From an uncultured virus (IMG/VR IMGVR_UViG_3300012984_000011) (taxonomy: Duplodnaviria > Heunggongvirae > Uroviricota > Caudoviricetes): 64,000 nt of DNA. The position numbers and the translations under genes are program-made. Every line of letters begins with the position of its first letter. Position 1 is the stretch's first letter. The notes under the pieces are model-generated. The model saw only the letters and a program-made list of their open reading frames with translations. It was not told the origin of the DNA and did not search any database. Positions 37,143 to 46,814 of the stretch are shown in pieces. The DNA lies in IMG/VR virus record IMGVR_UViG_3300012984_000011; one strand, given 5' to 3'.

Positions 37143-38280
37143 AGAAGCACTGGCGAGCTTTATTGCCGAACAGGCTCAGCTGATCCACATGGGAACCCAA
37201 AGCTATATCGTCGGTGGGGCGGTCAGAGATCACGTCCTAGGACTGCCGATCAAAGACTTGGATGTGGTGGTGGAGACCCGCAACGGGAAGAACGCCCTCA
37301 CATTGGGCGAAGCGGTGGCGGGCCGTCTGGGCCTGGCGGTCCATGCGGATCAGTATGGTGTGGTGCACATTGGGCCGATTCAAGAATCTTTCGTCTACCG
37401 TGGGGTAGATCTCAAGGGTCAAAAGATCGAGATTGTCACTGCCCGTCAGGAAAAGTACGACAAGTCCAAGAAGGACAGTCACAAGCCGTCCGAGGTCCAG
37501 CCTGGAACGATTCGCCAAGATCTTGAGAGACGCGACTATTCGGTGAATACGTTGATGTGGTGTCTCTATGACGTCAACGTTGTGACTCAGCTTGACCAAT
37601 CCCCATTTGAAGCTCCCATCACCGATCTGTTGGGCGGCCTTGAGGACTTGAAGGAGCGGGTTCTTCGGACCCCCATGCATCCGGAAGAAACCTTTGACGA
37701 GGATCCTTCCCGTATCCTTCGAGGAATCCGTTTTCTGGTCAAGTACCAGCTATCCCCCAACCCCAGAACTTGGGAGGCTTTCAAATCAAAGGCGGAAGAG
37801 ATCCGCCGGCTACCCTATGAAGTGGTGGCAATGGTGTTTATCGACAAGATCCTAGCTTTGCCGAAGGAGCAGGTTCAGCTTGCTTTGGATATGATGGCCC
37901 ACTTGGGCCTACTTAGGATCGTGTTCGATATGGTGCCAAGCGGACGAATGCGCCGAGGCATCAATCAAACGATCCAAGATACCAGGACCTTGCTCAAGTT
38001 GATGCAACTCACCAGCCCTCAGATGGTAGGACATCAACTCAGTGATCAAGAGTACCGTCTACTCTGGGAGCATTCGCTCACTAGGAACGATCAGGAGCTC
38101 GATGCCCTCTACCAAAAGTTCCTCAAACCACCCTTCGATACACTACGATTCATCCAAGACACGGGTGCGAGCGGGCCTGCCATTGGTGAAGCGGTAAGTC
38201 GAGCTAGACTGAAAGTACTGAAAAATCCCTCAATCACTGCCGAGGAACTCCAAATCCAAGCCCTTTACGAGGTTCCATGA
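37129..38280 (+). CDS. tRNA nucleotidyltransferase (CCA-adding)/poly(A) polymerase family
   Basis: VGGAVRD...KDLD, DLERRDYSVN, EDPSRILRGIRF. Confidence 0.9.
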   Translation: MMTPEEALASFIAEQAQLIHMGTQSYIVGGAVRDHVLGLPIKDLDVVVETRNGKNALTLGEAVAGRLGLAVHADQYGVVHIGPIQESFVYRGVDLKGQKIEIVTARQEKYDKSKKDSHKPSEVQPGTIRQDLERRDYSVNTLMWCLYDVNVVTQLDQSPFEAPITDLLGGLEDLKERVLRTPMHPEETFDEDPSRILRGIRFLVKYQLSPNPRTWEAFKSKAEEIRRLPYEVVAMVFIDKILALPKEQVQLALDMMAHLGLLRIVFDMVPSGRMRRGINQTIQDTRTLLKLMQLTSPQMVGHQLSDQEYRLLWEHSLTRNDQELDALYQKFLKPPFDTLRFIQDTGASGPAIGEAVSRARLKVLKNPSITAEELQIQALYEVP

Positions 38281-38489
38281 AAGCACTTGCCATCATGCTG
38301 TTGGTCGGTCTCGCCTGGCCGGCCAGCACTCCACCCGAAATTCACCGAAATTGCTCCAACTGCGTCCGTAGGTGCAGTCGTGCGCTCGATCCGTTGGGAT
38401 GTCGGAGCATGTGCTACTACCTCAAAGGGATGGCGTGCATGGATCAACATAAGGGCCCTGGCCCCGACAAGGCATGTAGCTGCACCTAA
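38277..38489 (+). CDS. Small secreted Cys-rich protein
   Basis: Signal peptide plus 8 Cys. Confidence 0.5.
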   Translation: MKALAIMLLVGLAWPASTPPEIHRNCSNCVRRCSRALDPLGCRSMCYYLKGMACMDQHKGPGPDKACSCT

Positions 38490-38499
38490 GGAAGATGTC

Positions 38500-38862
38500 A
38501 TGAATTGGCGTGATGGTGGACATTATCAAGGATTGATCGTTCGTATCGGTCCCGACGATCTAGATCGTGTGGGCAGTTGTTGGATGAAGGGTCGTCTCCT
38601 AGTAGGCGATCTGGCCATGGCGATCAGTGGGTCGGGAGATTGTTTTTGGAACTATCAGTTGGTTCAAAACAACGCTTATCTTGGAAGAAGTGGGAAGAAG
38701 GGATTCAGGCTCATCCCAGAATCTCAATTTGGAGCCTATGTGTTGGGTACGCCTTTGGAATTCCAACCCACCAATCGGGAACGGCATCTCCTGCTCGCTG
38801 GAGAACACATCACTCTTGAGGCGGACCCTGGACCTGAACGTCCTCTAGCTCTGAATCCATGA
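38500..38862 (+). CDS. Hypothetical protein
   Basis: RBS AAGGA. Confidence 0.5.
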   Translation: MNWRDGGHYQGLIVRIGPDDLDRVGSCWMKGRLLVGDLAMAISGSGDCFWNYQLVQNNAYLGRSGKKGFRLIPESQFGAYVLGTPLEFQPTNRERHLLLAGEHITLEADPGPERPLALNP

Positions 38863-39224
38863 AGCTGACAATCGAACAGGCACGGGGCTTCATAAAAATG
38901 ACCCGCCAGGCTGAGCTGACCCAAGAGGCCAGCCTGGATCTAGCTCAAAAGTTTGCCAATGAGTTGGGGCCTGACGGGCCTGCCTTGGTGGAGACGCTGG
39001 TCCGTCAGGTCTACGCCGAGTCGGAAAGCAGATTTGACGCCTTCAATAGAAAGGTGCGACGGACCCAAGGCGGAGACCCAGATGCACAGGTCGACATGGC
39101 GGCCTTGAGGGTATCGATCCTTGTGATTGCTGAGGCGATGGCGGATCCCAGCTATGTGCCTGACCAAGAAGATCTCGACGCCCTATCAGAGATAGCCAAA
39201 CTTGGCACCTTCGAGGCCGATTGA
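38859..39224 (+). CDS. Hypothetical protein
   Basis: ATGA overlap. Confidence 0.55.
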   Translation: MKLTIEQARGFIKMTRQAELTQEASLDLAQKFANELGPDGPALVETLVRQVYAESESRFDAFNRKVRRTQGGDPDAQVDMAALRVSILVIAEAMADPSYVPDQEDLDALSEIAKLGTFEAD

Positions 39225-39240
39225 CGGTGTAGTGTAGTCG

Positions 39241-39897
39241 ATGAAACCGACCGGCAATCCTGCTATAGACAACTCCACTGCCCAATGGATCGTAGGTTCG
39301 GATGAATGCGGGTTCGGCTGTTGGGCGGGCGACTTGGTGGTGGCGGGCACCCGCCTACCTAGGGGTTGGACCGACCCTGGGGTGGGGGATTCGAAGAAGC
39401 TGTCCGAGGTCAAGCGAGAGCAGGCCTACCGGCGTTGGACTGAGACTGAGCCGGTCCCCTACTGTCGTGTAGCGGTTAGCGCCAAGGTGATAGACCAGCA
39501 CGGGGTGTGGGAATGTCTGATCCAAGCCCACCGGAAGGTCCTGAGTGAGTTGCTGAAGGGCATTGACCCCGATGATGTGTTGGTGGTGGTGGACGGCTTC
39601 AAGGGGCAAGGACAGAAGATCCTACCTCAGGCGATCGGGCTACCCAAAGCGGACGACCTGATCCCTGCTGTATCGCTAGGGAGCATCATCGCCAAGGTGT
39701 GGCGGGACCGGCAGATGGTAGAGCTAGCTAAGAAGTACCCTGGCTACGGATTCCAGAATCATAAAGGGTACGGGACTGACGAACACCAACAAGCTTTGCT
39801 CAGGCTGGGGGTGACCGACATACATCGCCGCAGCTACGCTCCTGTCACCAAAGCATTGATAGCTCAGGACACCCCTGCTTTGGGCTTCGATGAATGA
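39241..39897 (+). CDS. rnhB: Ribonuclease HII
   Basis: GSDECGFG..AG, DSKKL, VDG, KAD..SLGSIIAKV.RD, HKGYGT, HRRSY. Confidence 0.92.
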   Translation: MKPTGNPAIDNSTAQWIVGSDECGFGCWAGDLVVAGTRLPRGWTDPGVGDSKKLSEVKREQAYRRWTETEPVPYCRVAVSAKVIDQHGVWECLIQAHRKVLSELLKGIDPDDVLVVVDGFKGQGQKILPQAIGLPKADDLIPAVSLGSIIAKVWRDRQMVELAKKYPGYGFQNHKGYGTDEHQQALLRLGVTDIHRRSYAPVTKALIAQDTPALGFDE

Positions 39898-40274
39898 CAA
39901 CGGATACCGAAATCAAAGAAGCTCTTGACTATAAGCGGAGCTGGAAACCAGGAATGCCGGAGCCAAAGTCCTATGAATGGATCTTCGACGTACACCTAGA
40001 AACCGTTGAGCGTCGCTCAAAGCTCGCCGAAGCGTTCATCCCATTAGGGCGCCATCGGGTCGATTTTTGCACCGTTAAACGACGTCGGTGGTCAGAAGGT
40101 GGCTATAGCGTCGATGATATGCTGAAGCGGTTCACGAAGATTAAGGAGGCCCTAACCGGAGAGGAGGTGTTTGACCGCACTGCATTTTTATCGGTCTATG
40201 GTGACCTCCGAATGATGAAAGACGAGTATGATTCGTTTCGAGCAAGTCTCAAGTCTTCGGATAACCGGCCGTAA
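39894..40274 (+). CDS. Hypothetical protein
   Basis: ATGA overlap. Confidence 0.55.
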   Translation: MTTDTEIKEALDYKRSWKPGMPEPKSYEWIFDVHLETVERRSKLAEAFIPLGRHRVDFCTVKRRRWSEGGYSVDDMLKRFTKIKEALTGEEVFDRTAFLSVYGDLRMMKDEYDSFRASLKSSDNRP

Positions 40275-40276
40275 AG

Positions 40277-40648
40277 ATGGTCATGCACAAAGTGTTGGTG
40301 GTTGACGATTATCCGGATGCGGCCCTTTGGATCTCGGACCTGTTGGGGAACGCTTTCGATGTGGAACTCTTCTACGATTCTGGAAAGGCGTTGCAGGCCA
40401 TCCTAGCAGGACAGTACGCCTGCGTGGTGTCCGATGGCAGGATGCCTGGCTTGTCGGGGCCGGAACTGATGCGAGCCACGCTGGCCCAAAAGCCCGAGAT
40501 GGCGGGTCGTTTCGTCTTCGTGACCGGAACCCCCTTCGAAACCATTCGAGAACTGGAAGATGTTGGCCCAGCCAAAGTGCTGTTCAAGCCCGCCCACAAG
40601 TCAGACCTGCTGGAAGCGGTCGGGAAATCGTGCTCAGTTGCTGGCTAA
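40277..40648 (+). CDS. Single-domain response regulator (CheY-like receiver)
   Basis: VLVVDD, SDGRMPGLSG, VTG, KP. Confidence 0.88.
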   Translation: MVMHKVLVVDDYPDAALWISDLLGNAFDVELFYDSGKALQAILAGQYACVVSDGRMPGLSGPELMRATLAQKPEMAGRFVFVTGTPFETIRELEDVGPAKVLFKPAHKSDLLEAVGKSCSVAG

Positions 40649-40673
40649 GATTAGGACTCGTACCAAGCCGATA

Positions 40674-41102
40674 ATGAAGGGCGGCTATGTCCTTGAAGAG
40701 GATCTGGAATTCTTCATCCATGAAGTGGCTCATCTGGTGACCCTCACCTCTGTTCAGCACACCAAAGAGTTGCTGATGGGCACTCAGATGATACCTGTAG
40801 GGAATCTGATCAAGCAACAACTCAAGACGCCAAAAGGTCAGGACAACAATGAAGTGTTGACTACCGCAGTTACCATTTTGGCGATGGAACGCTTGGGCAA
40901 AGGGTCGCTGGTCGAATCGGTCCTGAACATGTTCCTGAATCTTCAGACTATTAGTCTCGATGAAGATTCCTCCAAAGAGGAGATCAAGGCCGCCAGGGAC
41001 CCGATTCTGCTCCAAACCATGCAATTGATGCTCCGACCAAAGACTCAAAGGCTGGCACGCCAGATGGTGAGGATGCTTCGAGAGCTGGAATCCAGCTTGT
41101 GA
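40674..41102 (+). CDS. HExxH-containing hypothetical protein
   Basis: FIHEVAH..NE. Confidence 0.5.
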   Translation: MKGGYVLEEDLEFFIHEVAHLVTLTSVQHTKELLMGTQMIPVGNLIKQQLKTPKGQDNNEVLTTAVTILAMERLGKGSLVESVLNMFLNLQTISLDEDSSKEEIKAARDPILLQTMQLMLRPKTQRLARQMVRMLRELESSL

Positions 41103-41124
41103 AGCGGTGTAGGGATAGGGCCCT

Positions 41125-42054
41125 ATGACGATCTCCCTCCAATATCAGGCTGAGACGCTCACTTGGGGACAGTTCATCGCCCGAACACCCAGGTTTTCAA
41201 TCGCCCTGGATGGTTACGTGAGCGGCGGCCCTAGGTTTGATCCATTGACCCCTAGAGCTAGTTTCAACCATCATGACCAGGTGAACCGGCTCGCCACCCG
41301 AGCGACATGTGGCCAAGTGTTGATGGCGTTGAGGCAAGGACTCTTCAGCTGCTTCCGCAATGAGCAGGGCCCGCAAGCAGTCGTGTACGTCAACGATTGC
41401 GATGAAGACGTCTGCACCAGCTGGGCGTTGCTCAAGCATCACTACTTGGCTGAAGGAGCGGTCAATCCGTTGCTCAACAGGTTGGTGGCGATGGAAGACG
41501 CACTAGATAGCACAGCAGGGGCGTACCCGTTCCCCAAGGACATGCCAGCCTTACGGGAGCTCGCCTGGGTGTTCGAACCCTATCGGCAGTTCCGAGCTAG
41601 TGGCCGGCTTCAATTCCAAGTCCCACAAGAGTTCCGATCCGTCATTTCTGACGTCGAACACCGGATCTTGCAACATATCGCCGGTCGTGGGCATGAGGTG
41701 CCCCTAGATACCCGCTACGATGTGTTGGGCGGCGGGCCCCGATGGTCGCTGGTCCGAGAAGTCGGAGCCCAGGCCCGCACCGGCATGTTCTCTGATGGGA
41801 TCAAGGTTTTCGTCACCGCCAGAGAGCTGGCTAGTGGCAAGATGGCCTACATCATCGGCAAGATGGACCACTTCAATCCTTTGGACCTGGTTCGGCTGAC
41901 CAAGACGCTGAATGAGACCGAACACTGTCTGGCCAATGACCAATGGGGTGGAGGCGACATGATCATCGGCAGCCCAAGGAATGCCGGCTCGGGCATTGCC
42001 ATCGAACAACTCACTCAACTGATGAATCAGGCAATGGCCAGATGTCTGACCTAG
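41125..42054 (+). CDS. DHH-like phosphoesterase-fold protein
   Basis: ALDG, FNHH, NDCDED, WGGGDMIIGSPR. Confidence 0.5.
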   Translation: MTISLQYQAETLTWGQFIARTPRFSIALDGYVSGGPRFDPLTPRASFNHHDQVNRLATRATCGQVLMALRQGLFSCFRNEQGPQAVVYVNDCDEDVCTSWALLKHHYLAEGAVNPLLNRLVAMEDALDSTAGAYPFPKDMPALRELAWVFEPYRQFRASGRLQFQVPQEFRSVISDVEHRILQHIAGRGHEVPLDTRYDVLGGGPRWSLVREVGAQARTGMFSDGIKVFVTARELASGKMAYIIGKMDHFNPLDLVRLTKTLNETEHCLANDQWGGGDMIIGSPRNAGSGIAIEQLTQLMNQAMARCLT

Positions 42055-42332
42055 ACGAATTGCGCCAAATAGTCGGCGCCAGAGCATTCGCCGCATTGCT
42101 ACGTGGTTCGCCTCTGAGGCAATGGCGACGCACCACCCCATGGAACTGGTGGGTTGAGAATCGCAAATCCGTCATGCTTTGGCACTCAACCCCAGAGCAA
42201 AAACGACGGCCCGACCTTCGCTTGTTCGAACTAAAGTTTCAATCTCCCAAAACGGTGACACATTACCTGCATACTCAATCTGAGTACTGTGAGTATGTGT
42301 TGCTAGCTAGGTATCAGGTAAAACATGTCTGA
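42042..42332 (+). CDS. Hypothetical protein
   Basis: Fills the gap in the co-directional run. Confidence 0.45.
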   Translation: MSDLDELRQIVGARAFAALLRGSPLRQWRRTTPWNWWVENRKSVMLWHSTPEQKRRPDLRLFELKFQSPKTVTHYLHTQSEYCEYVLLARYQVKHV

Positions 42333-43149
42333 CGTGAAAGCACCCAAGCCTCCCATCAAATGGGTGGGCGGGAAAACCCAACTATTGCCCGAAATACTCA
42401 AGGTCTTCCCAGAGAAGATCGAAACCTACTTCGAACCCTTCACTGGAGGTGGGGCGGTATTCTGGCACCTAGCTTCGATGTTGCAGTTCAAGCAAGCTCG
42501 CCTGAACGATTGGAACGCTGAGTTGGTGACGGTCTATCGGGTCATTCGAGACCAGCCCCAACAGCTGATGGATCAACTCAAACTACTCCAATATGACAAG
42601 CCGATGTTCCTAGAGTGGCGGGCCAAGGACCCCAAGCAGCTGGACGACGTGACTCGTGCCGCTCGCATGATCTACCTCAACAAGACGGGCTTTAACGGCC
42701 TCTACCGAGTCAACAAGCGAGGGGACTTCAACGTCCCGTTCGGTGCCTTCAAGACCCCTCCTAAGCTATTTGATGAGCAGAACATCCTCGCATGCAGCGA
42801 TGCCTTGCAGGGGGTGGAGATCCATCAAGGCGACTTCGCAAACGGCTTGGAGCTAGCCCAACCAGGGGATTTGGTCTACTTCGACCCTCCCTACGTGCCA
42901 CTAAATCCGACGTCCAATTTCGCCTCCTACACAGAGGTGGGGTTCGGGCTTGCGGCTCAGAAGCGCCTGTCTGGGGTGTTCCGAGATTTGGCTGACCGTG
43001 GCGTCAAAGTGGTGCTGTCCAATTCAAACACTCCGCTCGTTCGAGAGCTGTACGAGGGGTTCGAAATACGAGAGGTGATGGCTCGCCGCAGCATCAACAG
43101 CAAGGCGGACGGTCGCGGGGCGATTGCTGAGTTGTTGGTGGTGTCGTGA
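42325..43149 (+). CDS. dam: DNA adenine methyltransferase (Dam/D12 family)
   Basis: KWVGGK, EPFTGGG, FNGLYRVN, DPPY. Confidence 0.92.
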   Translation: MSDVKAPKPPIKWVGGKTQLLPEILKVFPEKIETYFEPFTGGGAVFWHLASMLQFKQARLNDWNAELVTVYRVIRDQPQQLMDQLKLLQYDKPMFLEWRAKDPKQLDDVTRAARMIYLNKTGFNGLYRVNKRGDFNVPFGAFKTPPKLFDEQNILACSDALQGVEIHQGDFANGLELAQPGDLVYFDPPYVPLNPTSNFASYTEVGFGLAAQKRLSGVFRDLADRGVKVVLSNSNTPLVRELYEGFEIREVMARRSINSKADGRGAIAELLVVS

Positions 43150-43252
43150 TCTAAGCCAGCTGTTTAGGGTACTTTGTAGCCTAATTTGGCTGTAGAAAAA
43201 TCGAATCGTCCTCACCAGATAGGGCCCTGTTTGCGGTGTATGGGGTGTCGTA

Positions 43253-43957
43253 ATGGATGTGACTGAAGCTGACCTTTCTACTGCGTACGTACGTCACGCA
43301 GAAGCCGATCCAGAAGAAAACAATAGGGTCATTTCTGAGATGATCAAGGTGGCGGACACTTTGATATCGCAGGGTTCTACACACTTGTCCAGTAGAGGGC
43401 TTAAGGCAGGCATATCAAAGCACAACAATAATCTCGACTCTGACTATAATCGAGCGATCTTGTTGCGACGCCCAGACTTGGCTACCTACATCAAGGTCAA
43501 GTCTAGGGCCAAGGCTAAAGTTACCCTAAAACCCAATCGGTCTAGATTGGCTGTATACGGGCACAACTACGCTTGTGTGATTGCAGCAGAGGTACTGTTC
43601 ACCCCTCTGATAGGTCACGATCCTAGACTAGAAGAGGCTGATAAGGGATTTCGAGATGCGATTGCGGATGCCCTAGCACGTTACAAATCAACTGTGGACA
43701 GCCTCCGTAATCAGAGGGCAAAGGAAGCCTTCCTCATGACCGGTAGGGGACGCTCAAATAGAGCGTTGCAAGAAGCGTTGCAAGTGTTGGGGTGCTCTAA
43801 AGATAGCCCTTGGTCGGAAGTCTGTGGCAAGTACAAGGCCCTGAGTAGCAAGCATCACCCTGATCATGGGGGTGACAAGAATCAATTTATCCGAGTCCAA
43901 TCTGCCTGGAAATTACTACAACGACACCAATCGAAAGACGCTAATGCCTACACCTAA
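43253..43957 (+). CDS. J-domain protein
   Basis: C-terminal ALQVLG...YKAL..KHHPDHGGD..F..V..AW. Confidence 0.8.
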   Translation: MDVTEADLSTAYVRHAEADPEENNRVISEMIKVADTLISQGSTHLSSRGLKAGISKHNNNLDSDYNRAILLRRPDLATYIKVKSRAKAKVTLKPNRSRLAVYGHNYACVIAAEVLFTPLIGHDPRLEEADKGFRDAIADALARYKSTVDSLRNQRAKEAFLMTGRGRSNRALQEALQVLGCSKDSPWSEVCGKYKALSSKHHPDHGGDKNQFIRVQSAWKLLQRHQSKDANAYT

Positions 43958-44495
43958 AGATATCAATGGACCTCTGGCTAAGGCCATCAAAGAGGGTAGA
44001 TTCAAGCCGAGCTCTACCAAGAAACGTCGTGAGAATATCTGTGCACTGTTCAAGTGGGCTCGCGACAAGTACCCTAAGCAAGGACTAACTTTGGACTTGA
44101 TTCATTGGGCCCTAGCTAAAGAACCCATGTCCGATACCGATTTGAAGGCCTTAAAAGTTGCCGTCAATTCAGCTAGAAAGTACCTTCTAGAACAAGAGAG
44201 ACTTGTCACTCATTGCTTTAAGCCCACGGGTCATACAAAGGGAGTAAGGTCATTTTACCGAATCGTAGTTGACAACGAAGAACTAAATCACGCCTCTATG
44301 GCAGCGGTTAATAGGCGGGTAGTGAATTCTTTGGTAGCCCAAAGAAAGGTCTTGGATATCAGTCGAGACATGCCTGACAAGCCCACATCTGAAGTTGCAA
44401 AGATAGCGCTTAAGACAGCGGAAGCCCTGCAAGATTTCTCACCAGAAGCTCAGAACTTGTTTGCAGAAGTGGCACCTCACCTATTGTCTAAATGA
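43944..44495 (+). CDS. Hypothetical basic protein
   Basis: ORF overlapping the J-domain stop. Confidence 0.55.
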   Translation: MPTPKDINGPLAKAIKEGRFKPSSTKKRRENICALFKWARDKYPKQGLTLDLIHWALAKEPMSDTDLKALKVAVNSARKYLLEQERLVTHCFKPTGHTKGVRSFYRIVVDNEELNHASMAAVNRRVVNSLVAQRKVLDISRDMPDKPTSEVAKIALKTAEALQDFSPEAQNLFAEVAPHLLSK

Positions 44496-44501
44496 TCGCG
44501 T

Positions 44502-44807
44502 TCAGTCCCAGTCCACGCCGTCATCCAAGTACTGAGGGTACAGGCCGGCGTGGATCTCTCGATGGCAATTACTGCAGACCAAGATGCAGCGCTCCAACTC
44601 GGGCAAGATGGCTTCCCAGCTCGACTTACGGCTGATCTCGAAGTCCTTTTGCCCAGGATGGTGGAACTCAAGAGCCGCCAAGCAGCGGTCATACGGGCAG
44701 AATCGGCACTTGCCTCCCAGGTGCTGGACTGCTCGTTCCTTGAGCTTCTGTCGTCGCTGCTGAGCCCTGAAGTTTCGCTCCCAACGCTTGTCGAGGTCTG
44801 TACCCAC
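44502..44807 (-). CDS. HNH endonuclease-like protein
   Basis: GGKC..C...ALEFHH...CILVCSNCHREIH. Confidence 0.8.
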   Translation of the reverse strand: MGTDLDKRWERNFRAQQRRQKLKERAVQHLGGKCRFCPYDRCLAALEFHHPGQKDFEISRKSSWEAILPELERCILVCSNCHREIHAGLYPQYLDDGVDWD

Positions 44808-44830
44808 ATAGGGGTCGACCTATCGATAAA

Positions 44831-45079
44831 CTAGCGCTGAACCGGCAGCTCGATATGCGGGACCGCACCCACCATCGTCTTGGGTAGGATGAGGGATCGG
44901 TACGGCACTGAGATTTCCTGCTCGGTAGCGTCGATCCGAACCACGCATCGCTTGGCAGTCTTGCTCACGACCGTGACTGGTATCCGCATCACGAAGCCGT
45001 AACCTCCCTTTGGAGTGTGCCGCCACAGGACTCGGATGCCAGGGTAGAGATCCCCGCTATCGCCGAAGTAGAGGTTCAT
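44831..45079 (-). CDS. Hypothetical protein
   Basis: ATGA overlap. Confidence 0.5.
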   Translation of the reverse strand: MNLYFGDSGDLYPGIRVLWRHTPKGGYGFVMRIPVTVVSKTAKRCVVRIDATEQEISVPYRSLILPKTMVGAVPHIELPVQR

Positions 45080-46155
45080 TTGGACTTAGCTCGAATCTCG
45101 GTTGAGCTGAAGTCCCACAAGCCCGGCACCTCGTGAAATAGCTGATCGATGAGGTTCAGATCTTTGATGCCTGAGCGGGCCAACACGTCGTCCATCGTCA
45201 GCACCTTGCCGTCTACGGGACGATTGGCGATGTAGAAGGTGGTGCCCAGCTGTGCCATCTCGTACAGCATCGGTGCCACATCCTGCCCCCACTTGGGGTC
45301 CAGCATCCGCTGTAGTGAGTCGGACCCCATCGCGATCGGGGTCCCAGGGAAGCGACGGGCCTTGTCGAGGTAGAGCGCATCACCTCGGGTGAAGAGTCGA
45401 TCATGGCCTCGAAGCATCCTGGATCGTTTGAGCAAGTCCTGCAGAGTCAACGCTTTCTTGTGAGGGCCGTCAGAGGTGACATGGAAGATGCATGGTAGCT
45501 TCGACTTGCCGGCCACTACTTTGGATAGCCCTATGTGGCCTGGGTGAGGAGGATTGTAGCTACCTGGCATCAGCACCATCTTGTCAGGAGGTTGGGCCAA
45601 CCGTTCACCGTTGTGTAGGAAGAATGGGTGGGCAAAGAACCGTTCGAGAGCGGCAGCCGAGCCATCGACGAAATTGAATGAGCCCAGACCGGCTGCCTGA
45701 AAGATCAGACTTAGACCTATATTGTCACACAGTTGGCCATCAGCTGTGCGTCTCTTCTGTCCTGACCCTTTTTCAAGAGTCAGTTGGTGGGAGAACACGC
45801 CATCGTCAGAAATCACACAAGCATACACTCGGTGATGCCCACGATGCTCTTTCTCGCTCGCCACAGAGGCAGTCAAACCTAGGCCGATCGGCTTCTTACC
45901 ACCGAAGCTGAAGGCTCGCTGATATGCCACACAAGCTAGATCGATCGCCGTCTCGGCGGAGCAGTAGCTGTCCGGAGTGAAGCCCAGGGTCTTTTGCGTC
46001 TCCTCTGGACGATAGGGGAAGCTACAGCCTGACAGGTAAGCGGAGCTGCCAGGCACCCCCCAGAGCAGCTGCTGAAGACCCGCACCTGCTCCAGTGCAGA
46101 TCAGGTGGACGTTGACGCCAGCGTGTTTCAGATCCTCTAAACTGTTCATCATCAC
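45076..46155 (-). CDS. CinA/PncC-like domain fused to HxGH nucleotidyltransferase (NadD-like)
   Basis: TGAG...VPGSSAYL; PGSYNPPHPGH; MGSD; FSSTEIR. Confidence 0.75.
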   Translation of the reverse strand: MMMNSLEDLKHAGVNVHLICTGAGAGLQQLLWGVPGSSAYLSGCSFPYRPEETQKTLGFTPDSYCSAETAIDLACVAYQRAFSFGGKKPIGLGLTASVASEKEHRGHHRVYACVISDDGVFSHQLTLEKGSGQKRRTADGQLCDNIGLSLIFQAAGLGSFNFVDGSAAALERFFAHPFFLHNGERLAQPPDKMVLMPGSYNPPHPGHIGLSKVVAGKSKLPCIFHVTSDGPHKKALTLQDLLKRSRMLRGHDRLFTRGDALYLDKARRFPGTPIAMGSDSLQRMLDPKWGQDVAPMLYEMAQLGTTFYIANRPVDGKVLTMDDVLARSGIKDLNLIDQLFHEVPGLWDFSSTEIRAKSK

Positions 46156-46409
46156 TCCAGAGGCGGCATTCCCAGGGCCTTGTGGGCTTCCTCGAAGAAC
46201 TCGCGATTGGTCAAGAGGCCCGCCTCTACACTGGTGAAGAGGACGATCATCCGTCCTTCGAGGGGCAACTTGGCAGAAGACTCGATGATCTGCTTGGCCT
46301 GTTCCTTCCGAAACGCTTCACGTTCCTCATGTTCGATGGTCTGTTGACGGAACACGTCGGACCAACCTTCAAGACTCGAAACTTCGGGTTTTTTCTGATT
46401 TTTCGTCAT
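46152..46409 (-). CDS. Hypothetical protein
   Basis: TTAA-N17-CGTCTA upstream. Confidence 0.55.
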   Translation of the reverse strand: MTKNQKKPEVSSLEGWSDVFRQQTIEHEEREAFRKEQAKQIIESSAKLPLEGRMIVLFTSVEAGLLTNREFFEEAHKALGMPPLE

Positions 46410-46447
46410 GCTTAGATAGACGTCCGTTTTTTGGACGACTTAAGGAT

Positions 46448-46777
46448 TCAGCGGTTAGGTATCGGTCTAAGCACCGCACCATCGTAATAGTACCGTTGTA
46501 GCTCGCCATCCTTGGGGCGACGGTAGATGGCGTGGTGCACCACATGTTGATGGCCAAGGTTGCAGGTCTGAACCTTTTCGGCGGAGATCAACAGCTTCTC
46601 GAACTCGCTTGGGGGAATGAACCCCCACTCGTCACAATTGGTCTGATCGACCGCATTTTGCCAAGCCAAGTCAGATTTGCAGTCAGGGCAGATGTAGGGT
46701 TCAGACCCGTAATGCTCTGCATACCGGTTCAGATGACCGTTCTGACAAATGCCTTGGACGTAACCTTCGTAGGACAT
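46448..46777 (-). CDS. Zn-ribbon hypothetical protein
   Basis: MSYEGY...CQNGH..CPDC; TTAA-N17-CGTATG upstream. Confidence 0.6.
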   Translation of the reverse strand: MSYEGYVQGICQNGHLNRYAEHYGSEPYICPDCKSDLAWQNAVDQTNCDEWGFIPPSEFEKLLISAEKVQTCNLGHQHVVHHAIYRRPKDGELQRYYYDGAVLRPIPNR

Positions 46778-46814
46778 ACGGCAGCATACGTCCCGCTAGT
46801 CAACGACTTAAGGC

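Noticed and set aside
42325..44807. Restriction-modification system (Dam plus HNH)
   Set aside because: Genes are non-adjacent and on opposite strands; orphan Dam and small HNH genes are common in phages
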